A stretch of 64,000 bases of DNA from a virus: the IMG/VR virus record IMGVR_UViG_3300031857_022279; one strand, given 5' to 3'. This document shows, one piece after another, positions 29,661 through 38,478 of the stretch. How positions within the stretch are numbered: the first letter of the stretch is position 1; each line of letters opens with the position of its first letter. The notes under the pieces are model-generated. The model was not told the DNA's origin and made no database searches. It was given only the letters and a program-made list of their open reading frames with translations. The translations under genes were made by a program, and so were the position numbers.

Positions 29661-31616
29661 TTACTCTTTTATAATCTGCTGTTTTTGAACACCAGTCTCT
29701 GTAGTGACAACAATCATATAAACACCAGATGAAAGTTCTGAAAGGTCTAAATTATAATTATTAGAATTAAATTGATAATTTAAAATTCTTGTTCCAATTG
29801 TATTATATACAGATACATCCCTAACATCATTTTTAAAGTTATCTGTAATATAAATTAAACCTTCACTTGGATTTGGGTAAATTACCAACTCTTGTTCTTC
29901 TTTTTCCAAAGATTCTTCAGTCTTATTATTAGGTTGAGAAGATTGAAGACTTCTCAATTCAACTTGAGTATACTCTGGTCTATTTCTAACGCTTTCTTTA
30001 TAGATAATATAAGTAGTAGTTGACTTGTTACCACACTCCGTAACAGTTCTAACTAATTTATACCACTTCTGAGTATAGAGTTCGCTATCACTAAAACCAT
30101 GAGTGTTTTCGGTTCTAATTAAATTCCAGTTGAAAGGAACATCTTCACTTAAATAAAGTTCCCATTTTTCACATCCTACTGTATTTGTTATGTTCACAGT
30201 TGTAAGTGAATATTTATCTTGTGAAGTCTGTTCAATACAATAGTCAAAATTTGGATCAATTGTATTTTTAAAACCATGAAGTTTTGCCATGAAGTTCTGC
30301 TTTCTAAGAATAGTATTAGGAGTCAATTGTATCCAACTTACAAAAGAACCACCAACAAATATTTCCCAGTTATCATTGCCATCATCTGTTGCATTAACAG
30401 CTAAACTACTACCAGTTCCTTGTCCATAGTTTCCTTCGAATCCATTAACATTAGTGCCTCCAAGACCTGCTCCAATATTGATAGTTTTAAACTCTTCATT
30501 TATCTGACCATCAGTTGTGAAAGCAGTAATCTTTGGAGTCCAAGTTGGTTGATAAACTTGTTGAGAAGTTGAACTAGCAAAGTTACCAGTTGCAATTAAA
30601 TTACAATTATAAAAACAAATATCCATAATTCTACCTGGACAACCTGGATTAAAAATAGGATCCACAGACCAGTTACCACCTAGAATGTTATATCTAACTA
30701 AATTTCTAAATCCAGAAACACCAGAGGCGGTGCTAATAGAACCGCTGAAATAAGATACTAAATCTCCTTCTATACCATCACATTCAGATCCATTAACAAA
30801 TATTATATCACTAATTGACATAGAGTTAGATAAATCTGTTATACCTGGAACTGGCTTAATTGTCATTTGCTCGTCAAGTTTAAAAATACCTACGTAGTTA
30901 TGACCTCCTAATTCAAAATTAAATGATCCACCACAAACTAATTCTTTTGTACCGGGTATCTTTGTTATTTTTGAAATAAGACCAGTAGGAGTTGGTAACT
31001 GAACAGTCTGTAAAACTTGACCAGTGTTTGGGTCACAACATACAATAGTCTGTGTGTAACTACTCGGTGTGCCAGTTTGAAATGAATAGTATAATTTATT
31101 GTTTTCAAAGTCGTGATAGATCGCAGAGCAAATACTAATCCAAGAAGTATAAGGACAAACGAAGTCTGTATCTCTAGTACCATCTGCGTTAACTTTATTT
31201 AAAAACCTAACACCCTGATTAACACCCCAGTTGAAACTGTTTCTTCCTGATATAAAAAACTCACCAGTTGGCTCACCACTTTCATTCTTCTCAGTCTCCA
31301 TACAAACTGTCGCAAACTGACCAGGCCAAGTTGCCATTTGATTATTAAAAAAAGATTGATCCTCATTTCCTGAGAAATCATATTTTCTAATTTTTGGGTA
31401 ACCAGGTTCTGTCTGGTATGCATAATAAACTGAATTACCAACAACCTCGACCCCTTGTGTCTTAAAGTTTCCGTTTGTTGAAAATGGAACTCCACCATTA
31501 TTAGGTAGAAAAGTGGTGTCTATACTACCTGCTAATTGACCAAAAGAGGAAATTCCAAGGCAAAGAGCTAAAGTCGTCATTACAAGTCGACTTAATTGAC
31601 ACTTAAAATTTTTCAT
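29661..31616 (-). CDS. Secreted beta-propeller (delta-60-like repeats) with T9SS C-terminal sorting domain
   Basis: Signal peptide ending SFG|Q; GSIDTTF / DGTRDTDF repeats; C-terminal IYPNPSEG...YNTIG...LDLSELSSGVYMI...QQIIKE. Confidence 0.85.
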   Translation of the reverse strand: MKNFKCQLSRLVMTTLALCLGISSFGQLAGSIDTTFLPNNGGVPFSTNGNFKTQGVEVVGNSVYYAYQTEPGYPKIRKYDFSGNEDQSFFNNQMATWPGQFATVCMETEKNESGEPTGEFFISGRNSFNWGVNQGVRFLNKVNADGTRDTDFVCPYTSWISICSAIYHDFENNKLYYSFQTGTPSSYTQTIVCCDPNTGQVLQTVQLPTPTGLISKITKIPGTKELVCGGSFNFELGGHNYVGIFKLDEQMTIKPVPGITDLSNSMSISDIIFVNGSECDGIEGDLVSYFSGSISTASGVSGFRNLVRYNILGGNWSVDPIFNPGCPGRIMDICFYNCNLIATGNFASSTSQQVYQPTWTPKITAFTTDGQINEEFKTINIGAGLGGTNVNGFEGNYGQGTGSSLAVNATDDGNDNWEIFVGGSFVSWIQLTPNTILRKQNFMAKLHGFKNTIDPNFDYCIEQTSQDKYSLTTVNITNTVGCEKWELYLSEDVPFNWNLIRTENTHGFSDSELYTQKWYKLVRTVTECGNKSTTTYIIYKESVRNRPEYTQVELRSLQSSQPNNKTEESLEKEEQELVIYPNPSEGLIYITDNFKNDVRDVSVYNTIGTRILNYQFNSNNYNLDLSELSSGVYMIVVTTETGVQKQQIIKE

Positions 31617-31757
31617 AACATATTTTTATTTTTTGTAAGCTGGTTCTACGTTTGGTAGAAATTTGCTTTTCATAGATTATATATGTTATTAAAAAAATGA
31701 ATTATATCTATTTGTCTAAAACCTTTGCAAAATAAGGGTTTCAGAGAAAATAAAAAT

Positions 31758-31785
31758 AAAAAACTCGCTAAATTAGCGAGTTTTT
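31758..31785 (-). terminator. Terminator
   Basis: AAAAACTCGCTA-aat-TAGCGAGTTTTT. Confidence 0.7.
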
Positions 31786-31809
31786 ATAAAATTAAGATAA
31801 ATTTTTATT

Positions 31810-32190
31810 TTATTCTCCAGTTAAATAGTCAAAAGCGTCTTCTACTGAATCAAACTTCTTATTATCAATGTGAAATTTTTCATCTTCTGAATAGAAATTA
31901 ACTTTCTTTCCATCAAAATTAATTTCGTTATTTGCAACTTCGGTACCTAACTTACTAGCTAATTCTTTCATTTTTAAAGTACCATGATAGTGTGAACCTT
32001 CTTCCTCTTCTTCCTCTTCAACATTCATACTTACTACTTCTTTAGGTTCTTCTTTTTCGATTTCTGTGTTTTCAACTTCTGTATTTTCAATCTCTTCTTC
32101 TGGCGCGTCTAGAATTTCCTGTGATTCAATTTCATTTGCAAATGGTGTTAACTCTTCATTTACAAATTGATTATATTTTTTTAATTTCAT
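31810..32190 (-). CDS. Acidic hypothetical protein (MKLKKYNQFVNEE N-terminus)
   Basis: ORF track; shared N-terminal motif; E-rich. Confidence 0.75.
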   Translation of the reverse strand: MKLKKYNQFVNEELTPFANEIESQEILDAPEEEIENTEVENTEIEKEEPKEVVSMNVEEEEEEEGSHYHGTLKMKELASKLGTEVANNEINFDGKKVNFYSEDEKFHIDNKKFDSVEDAFDYLTGE

Positions 32191-32215
32191 AGTTAAAAAT
32201 AATTTTAAGTATATA

Positions 32216-32701
32216 TTAATCTATAGATTTATATTTCTCTTCAATTTCTTGGATAATATAGTCTATAAATCCATCTAGTTCATATTCTAGACCATTACAA
32301 AATTCAAATATATCATATCCATCTTTATTGAAGAAGTCCGGCGAAACAGTTCCGTTTTCAAACTTGACTATTTTACCCTCTAGTATTCCAACAACTTTCT
32401 TACCATTTTCTAGCTCTAAATCTGGAACATAGAAAGTTCCAATAAAATGCTGCTCATCTCCATAATCTTCCCATTCTTTAAACTCAAACTTAAAATACCC
32501 ATTATCATCTTCAAATATTTGTTCAGTTTCAATCTTCCCAATCTCATCATGAACCTGTTTTTCTGTATTAGTACTCCAAGATTGTAAAAACCTCTTTTCT
32601 AAATCGGTTAGCGATCCTTCACCATATTTCAGTATTTTTGCCAAAATATCATTGAGTCTATCTTGCTCTGAATAGGATTCAAATCTAATTAAATGTTTCA
32701 T
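32216..32701 (-). CDS. Hypothetical protein (MKHLIRFES N-terminus; DUF6576-like helix hairpin)
   Basis: RLNDILAKILKYGEGSLTDLEKRFL resembles the ID.ILDKI...G..SLT..EK.FL pattern. Confidence 0.65.
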   Translation of the reverse strand: MKHLIRFESYSEQDRLNDILAKILKYGEGSLTDLEKRFLQSWSTNTEKQVHDEIGKIETEQIFEDDNGYFKFEFKEWEDYGDEQHFIGTFYVPDLELENGKKVVGILEGKIVKFENGTVSPDFFNKDGYDIFEFCNGLEYELDGFIDYIIQEIEEKYKSID

Positions 32702-32752
32702 AATGTTATATATAAAACTTCTGAACCTGTATTTTACTATACTCTGAAAATA

Positions 32753-33082
32753 TTACCAGATTTGACTTTTAGAGAATTTATCTTTAATAATATCCACTAA
32801 AATCACATTTTGTTCGCCTCTTGATTGATAAATAAGAACATAGTCATTTTCAATATTTTCTATTATTTTGTAGAAATCTCTTTCTCCTTTGTCTGAACAA
32901 ATTTGATCTATCTTTAGATTACGTGAATACCTCAAATACTCCATTTTAATAGACTCGACTAGAACAACCATATAACCAGAGGTTCCGTCTTTTGGATGAT
33001 TTAAAATTGACTCTAGATCAAATCCTGACCAAAATTTTACCAAAGTATCAGAGACTTTAAATTGTTCCAAAAAAGTCATCAT
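32753..33082 (-). CDS. Hypothetical protein
   Basis: ORF track; tandem arrangement. Confidence 0.6.
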   Translation of the reverse strand: MMTFLEQFKVSDTLVKFWSGFDLESILNHPKDGTSGYMVVLVESIKMEYLRYSRNLKIDQICSDKGERDFYKIIENIENDYVLIYQSRGEQNVILVDIIKDKFSKSQIW

Positions 33083-33293
33083 CCTCTAAAATATCACCTA
33101 GTTTTTCGTCTCTAATCTCTTTAACCATAAGATCATCTATTCTCTCTTTAAATTCTAGACTATTATTATATCTTTCAGTAAATTCGATAAAACTAGACTC
33201 AGACATTTTAAGAAGCCTTTTATGTGACTGAGATACCGATTTTAAATCAATCCAACTCTCATAAAATTTATACATCTTATGTTCTTTAAACAT
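33057..33293 (-). CDS. Hypothetical protein
   Basis: ORF track; AATATATA upstream. Confidence 0.6.
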   Translation of the reverse strand: MFKEHKMYKFYESWIDLKSVSQSHKRLLKMSESSFIEFTERYNNSLEFKERIDDLMVKEIRDEKLGDILEDDDFFGTI

Positions 33294-33309
33294 AAGTTAT
33301 ATATTAGAG

Positions 33310-34775
33310 TTACTTCATTCCGGAAAATATATCTAAAACCACACTAAGTCTTTTTGTAATCTCAGGAAGACCAAGTGGATCTATAATAGAATTAATTGGA
33401 GATAAAATTGACTTCATAAACTGCTCGTCATAATCAATTTCTGGTGCAAATTCTATAGGATAGGAACCCCTAATAAAAGCAAACATATCATTTGTCTTTT
33501 TATTCTTACAATAATAGTATTTGATCTTAGTTCCTGACTTAATGAATTCGTACTTTGATTGTAATAACTTATTCTGATTTAAAAGATAGTTATGATAAGC
33601 TGCAGATTTAACAGCAAAGTGGGCACCACTAACAAATTCCAATCTATCTTTATCTTCTAAAACTTTGGTTTCATAATTAGAACAAGATGACTGCATCGAA
33701 ATATCATCGATATCTGCAAGTTCAAATTCTTTTCTAAGATTTTTAACTAATTTTAGTAGGTCTTTGATATTAAAGTCATCTGGATGGGCAAAAAGATATT
33801 TTACAATTTCAACAATCTTTTCACGGGCAAATGCCGGTGTAGAAGAACGAACAAGCTCAACACCTTTAGGAAAGATATAAGTTAGTCTATCATAAGGAAT
33901 ACCATCTTCATATACAATATGCTGAATGTACTTCTTTTTTGCTATATTAATAATTGATTCTGATATCCTTTCTAACTCAAAATCTTCTCTGTTTTTTACT
34001 CCATAACTACCAGCATATTCATCAAGACATTTTTTGAAATAATCTCCATACCTAAGTGCGTCTATACCATGTATGAAATCTAATTCATTATCCCAATTCC
34101 ACTGTATTTCTATATCCTTAATTAAATCCTGAATATCTTTTGAATTAAATGACCGGTCTTTAACAAAATACCCATCGATAATAATTAATTCCGGATTAGT
34201 ATTAGTTATAAAATCTTTAAAATCATTTACGTTCTTAAAGTGACCAATACAATTACTATTAGTAATTTTAGATTCTTGTCTTTTTTCTAGAAATACAAAC
34301 CTCTGATTTAAAGAATTCATCTTTGACAGTGGAAGATTCCTCCATTCACAATGTTGAATTGCTGGTTCAAAAGATACAAATAATGAATCCGTATCTGCAT
34401 AGATTGATACTTCATCACCGTCTTTTTTGGATAAAGAAGTGACATTCTTCACTCCAAGTTTAGAATGTAGTTCAAAATCTAGATGCCATTGTTCATACCA
34501 ATACTTTTCATTTACAGCATTCATAGTTTTAGTCAAGTCTCTGCCTTGCGCTGTTATAGTACCGGCGACGTGTTGATTAAACAGTATGAAATATTGCGTA
34601 GCAAATGCTCCGTAACTTCCATTTAATATTAATTTTAAAGCATTTTCCCCTCTGTCAAAAAACAGAGGGGTTATCGAGCCAACTGAAGAGCGTTGTAATA
34701 ATCAGATTCTCTCTTCAGTTGGTTGGCTTTAATTTTTAGTGACTCGATTTTTTTTAATTTATCTTCTCTCGTCAT
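33310..34775 (-). CDS. Family B DNA polymerase, C-terminal subunit (gp43B-like), interrupted by a 38-nt insert
   Basis: Segment 1 (34775-34677) is MTREDKLKK...YYNALQLA; segment 2 (34638-33310) is LKLILNGSYG...TAQGRD...IYADTDS...KKKY...KGVELVRSSTP. Joined, they give PolB motif B (Q...K...N..YG) and motif C (DTDS), about 475 aa. No exonuclease domain or motif A. Confidence 0.88.
34639..34679 (-). other. Candidate translational-bypass element: GCT-[CGA TAA CCCCTCTGT TTTTTG ACAGAGGGG AAAAT]-GCT
   Basis: Matched GCT codons at 34679-34677 and 34641-34639; stop at 34673-34671; perfect 9-bp stem 34670-34662 / 34655-34647; removing 38 nt restores the conserved motif. Confidence 0.75.
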
Positions 34776-34860
34776 TTAATTTTTTATATTTTTTTTAAAT
34801 AATTTCCAAAGAAACTTATTGAAAAGTTATAGTGTTAAAAACAAGTTAGTTTAATAACTT

Positions 34861-35634
34861 TTAATCCTCCACACTAAAATCCTGTTCAAATGAAATCATA
34901 AGGTGACTCTCTTCGTCTTTCGTTAAAATAAAAGTTTCAAAAACGAAAAAGTGTACATGGTCACCACTATCATTGATAGAAGGTAGAAAAGTTTTGTTAA
35001 ACATTAGATGTCTATCAGTAACATCTACTTTGTCTACTTCAAATTCCCACGTTGATGTTTCAGAAAGAATAACCTTTTGACTATCTACGTTAAGATGAAC
35101 TACTTTACCGTCTGAGTTTATAGAGCAAAGTTTTTTAATATCTTGGAATTCACTACTTTCAACTTTAAAAGACCATTTAGACAATTTTGTATCGACTCTT
35201 TTAGATAAAACCGCTTTTGTTATATCTCTTATTTCTGAATTTTCACCACCTTGTATTGCAATTTTTAACTTACCATTTTTAATTTGTAAAAATCTTGCTA
35301 GAGATTGATCATCATCAGTTCTGTAATCAACAGTGACTGCAATTTTTTCAGATTTCTTTATAAATTGTAGATTCTTAACAAATTTCTTAGACCCTGAAAT
35401 TATTATATCAATAGTTTCATCAATATCCTCTTTAGTAGTTAAGTATTCGTTGGTATTAATGATGTAGCTTTTAAAGGCCAGTAGAATAGTTTCACCAACA
35501 ATAGAATACATTAAAATATTTTCTGAATCTATTTTTAACTTTAAGGTGTCACTTATTTTTGACAAATCTTCGAGCTTGTGAAGAAAATCTTCAAATTTAT
35601 CTCCGTTGATCGTGAAGTTAAGTTTCTTTGTCAT
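34861..35634 (-). CDS. Putative DNA sliding clamp (gp45/PCNA-like)
   Basis: 257 aa, alternating helix/strand two-domain pattern, directly upstream of polB; family assignment by size, pattern and context. Confidence 0.55.
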   Translation of the reverse strand: MTKKLNFTINGDKFEDFLHKLEDLSKISDTLKLKIDSENILMYSIVGETILLAFKSYIINTNEYLTTKEDIDETIDIIISGSKKFVKNLQFIKKSEKIAVTVDYRTDDDQSLARFLQIKNGKLKIAIQGGENSEIRDITKAVLSKRVDTKLSKWSFKVESSEFQDIKKLCSINSDGKVVHLNVDSQKVILSETSTWEFEVDKVDVTDRHLMFNKTFLPSINDSGDHVHFFVFETFILTKDEESHLMISFEQDFSVED

Positions 35635-35674
35635 TTTAATTCTGATTTATAATATCTAATATATACAATAAATT

Positions 35675-36469
35675 TTGTTTTGTTTTATGACCGATAATGA
35701 AATGACCGGCAAAAGAATTAAAGTTCAAAGTATGAATGATCCTTACGTTAACTTAAAAGAGGACGATTTAGGAACAGTTGTTGGAACTGATGAACTTGGA
35801 AATTTAATTGTAGATTGGGACAAAGGTATTACTTTAAAAATAACACCAGAGATTGATGAGTTTGAAATAGTTGAAGAGTCAAGAAAACTACATAAATTTT
35901 TTGAGTTCAAAGTAGAAGATAATATTAATGTTGATTTCATTTCTGCTAAAATGTACGAGTTAAGTGATTTAGTCTCTGAATATTCCGGAATCTCATTTGA
36001 GTATCACATACATTCTGAAAAAGAAAATTCAAATGAAATGGGTATTTTAGAAGTTTCATTGAGTTCAACTGAAACAGATATTAAAATATCTTGGATTTTA
36101 GACTTAGATAAACCTAATTTAAAAGTTGAAGAGTCTACTTCAGATACAACTGAAGAAGTTTATAGTTCACACCTTGAAAATATTGAAGAGGGATTAGACA
36201 TTATAGAGCATCATGTTCATAATATTTTTGAGATATCAGAGAGAAAAAAGGCACAAAGATATAAAGGTAGAAAAATTCCTGGAAAGTATCTCGCTGGTCC
36301 TCATCCAAGTAAGATGAAGAAGGAAATAGATAGATTCGTGGGAAAAAAAGAATACAAAAAAGATTGGGATGCCGACTACAAGTCTGGAAAAGGTGGTGAG
36401 GGAGAAAGAGTTAAGACTAAAAAATCTGCGGCTACAAAAGCTTACCAAAAAATGTTTGGTGATAAATAA
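35675..36469 (+). CDS. Hypothetical modular protein (SH3-like DUF4314-type N-terminus, basic C-terminal module)
   Basis: GKRIKVQSMNDPY..L...DLGTVVG.DELG.L.VDWD.G..L; C-terminal IPGKYL...KTKKSAATKAYQKMFG. Confidence 0.65.
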   Translation: MFCFMTDNEMTGKRIKVQSMNDPYVNLKEDDLGTVVGTDELGNLIVDWDKGITLKITPEIDEFEIVEESRKLHKFFEFKVEDNINVDFISAKMYELSDLVSEYSGISFEYHIHSEKENSNEMGILEVSLSSTETDIKISWILDLDKPNLKVEESTSDTTEEVYSSHLENIEEGLDIIEHHVHNIFEISERKKAQRYKGRKIPGKYLAGPHPSKMKKEIDRFVGKKEYKKDWDADYKSGKGGEGERVKTKKSAATKAYQKMFGDK

Positions 36470-36480
36470 AATATAATAAT

Positions 36481-37041
36481 ATGGAAATTAAGAAATTTGG
36501 AAAACCTGAGAAACCTGTCATCGAAGACAAGGTTGAGAAAAATGGTTCAGTCGTAGTACCAAAAAAACTAAACGAACAAACAGTATCTCAATTGACTGAC
36601 AGACTAAAAGATGAGTACACTGCTCACTTCTATTACAGATCTGCGGCTAACTGGTGTCGTAATATGAATTACAAAAAAGCTGCTGCGTTTTTTGAAAACG
36701 AAGCGAATACTGAGTTAGAACATGCAACTGGATTACAAGAATATATGGATGACTTCAATGTTCAGCCTGAAATACCACAAACTGAGACTGATTTTAAATT
36801 CTCTACATTAGTTGATATTATCAACGGTGCATATGATATGGAATTGAATCTATTGAACGCATATAACAAAAGCTCTTCAGAATTATTCACTAGTGATTTA
36901 ACAACATTTGATTTTTTACAAAGTTATAGAACAGGTCAAAAAGAAGCTGTTATTGAGTATTCTGACTTACTAAATGCATTGGTGTTAGTAGATCACAATG
37001 ATAAATTCCAAGTTCTTTACTTTGAACAAACTTACTTTTAA
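36481..37041 (+). CDS. Ferritin-like protein (non-heme ferritin type)
   Basis: DEYTAHFYY...W...AAAFF..EA..ELEHA..L.EY...Q.E ferroxidase-centre residues. Confidence 0.85.
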   Translation: MEIKKFGKPEKPVIEDKVEKNGSVVVPKKLNEQTVSQLTDRLKDEYTAHFYYRSAANWCRNMNYKKAAAFFENEANTELEHATGLQEYMDDFNVQPEIPQTETDFKFSTLVDIINGAYDMELNLLNAYNKSSSELFTSDLTTFDFLQSYRTGQKEAVIEYSDLLNALVLVDHNDKFQVLYFEQTYF

Positions 37042-37044
37042 ACT

Positions 37045-37437
37045 ATGAAATACCTACTAAACTACGAAGATTTAATTGAAGATTTCTCTAAATATCTTGA
37101 AGAAGAAGATATGAACCTTAAAAATGATTTCAATGAGATAGTTGAAGAACTTGACGAGTACGATGAATTATATGACATATCTGAGAGTAACTCAGGTGTG
37201 ACTGCTTCTCTTAGAAAGAAGTCAAAAGCCTCTGGTATTCCTATGGGAATTTTGAGAAAAGTATTTGCTCGTGGAATGCAGGCATGGAATGCGGGACACA
37301 GACCAGGTGTTGCTCAACATCAATGGGCTTTTGGAAGAGTCAATAGTTTTATAACCGGAGCGGGTGGTGCTAGAAAATCAGATTCCGATTTGTGGTCAAA
37401 GGCTAAAGCCGCTAAAGCTAGAAAAAAGAAAAAATAA
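37045..37437 (+). CDS. DUF5824-like phage protein
   Basis: KSGIP.GILRKVF.RG..AW..GHRPG..Q.QWAFGRVNSFI.G pattern. Confidence 0.65.
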   Translation: MKYLLNYEDLIEDFSKYLEEEDMNLKNDFNEIVEELDEYDELYDISESNSGVTASLRKKSKASGIPMGILRKVFARGMQAWNAGHRPGVAQHQWAFGRVNSFITGAGGARKSDSDLWSKAKAAKARKKKK

Positions 37438-37439
37438 AT

Positions 37440-37706
37440 ATGAAATACTTAAAAAGATTTAATGAAAATTTAGATAATAATTCTGATAAAATCCATATAC
37501 CTGAAGAGTATTCAGGAGTTAGAATGGAAATTGGAGAATTTGCTTCACCTAATGATATTATTGTTGCTTATAATACTACAGTTGAAGAAGGAACACCTCT
37601 TGTTAGTTATTCTGATGGTACATTCTATAATGAGGACGATATGGATATTCCAGTTGATGTTGTTCTTGACGAATTGAACTATGCAATTACAGGTGGTGAA
37701 GAATAA
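37440..37706 (+). CDS. Hypothetical protein (MKYLKRFNE N-terminus)
   Basis: ORF track; shared motif. Confidence 0.75.
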   Translation: MKYLKRFNENLDNNSDKIHIPEEYSGVRMEIGEFASPNDIIVAYNTTVEEGTPLVSYSDGTFYNEDDMDIPVDVVLDELNYAITGGEE

Positions 37707-37726
37707 TTAAAATTTAAAAATATGTA

Positions 37727-37750
37727 AAAAGACCCCTACGGGTCTTTTTT
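37727..37750. terminator. Bidirectional terminator
   Basis: AAAAGACCC-ctac-GGGTCTTTTTT between convergent genes. Confidence 0.7.
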
Positions 37751-38478
37751 TATCCTAAAAGTTCATCTAATCTTTCGCCTCTAGAAGGTGTGATTTGAGA
37801 AGAAGATGCCAATTCTTGATTTCCGAATTCTATTACTTGTTGATTGAATGATATTATTTTAGATAATCTATAAAGTAATAATTCATCTTCAATTTTATAC
37901 CTCTTTTCTAAGCTTTCAAATTGATCAGTATTCCTTCGTAGGTAAAGAATAGAGTCTATGATATAGTCACTTTTATCCCAATCAAGAGAAACTATCTGAC
38001 CAGTCGAATACTTCATATTACAGATTTCGTTTCCTTCTTCATCAAACGCCCAGTAATTTGAAATTATTTCAATTACATCTTTTAGAGTTTGAACAAAGTG
38101 GATACATGGAAGCACCGGAACATAATTAAAGTTGTATTTATAATTAATGTAATCTATTTTTTTTATTTGATGAATATTTTTTTCTTGTAGTTGTTTAAGA
38201 GTTGAAATCTCTTTGCGAAGATTCATTTCTGACCTTTTACTACAATTTTGATTGCTGTGTTTTACAGTAAATCCCTCTTCTAGGAAATTATTAAGTAAAA
38301 TTTCAAATCTGGATTCGTGATTTTTAGCAATAGAAAAAGAGAATCTATAGTTGATTTTCAAGGAACTAGGATTATCAATATTGTATAATTGACCTGAAAC
38401 TAAAGAATTAGAATAGGAAGAGTCTTTTATTTTTTCTTCCCAAAAAAGAATCTCACTTTTAGATAGAAACCTGCTCAT
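37750..38478 (-). CDS. Hypothetical protein
   Basis: 242-aa ORF. Confidence 0.7.
   Translation of the reverse strand: MSRFLSKSEILFWEEKIKDSSYSNSLVSGQLYNIDNPSSLKINYRFSFSIAKNHESRFEILLNNFLEEGFTVKHSNQNCSKRSEMNLRKEISTLKQLQEKNIHQIKKIDYINYKYNFNYVPVLPCIHFVQTLKDVIEIISNYWAFDEEGNEICNMKYSTGQIVSLDWDKSDYIIDSILYLRRNTDQFESLEKRYKIEDELLLYRLSKIISFNQQVIEFGNQELASSSQITPSRGERLDELLG

Noticed and set aside
34647-34670. polB hairpin as an intrinsic terminator separating two genes
   Set aside because: There is no U-tract on either side (AAAAT or TTATC follow), it lies inside a conserved catalytic motif, and the downstream frame has no ATG before the motif. It cannot be fully excluded as a pausing element.
34639-34679. 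Group I/II intron or intein in polB
   Set aside because: 38 nt is far too short for self-splicing intron cores, and the insert is out of frame with a stop, so it is not an intein
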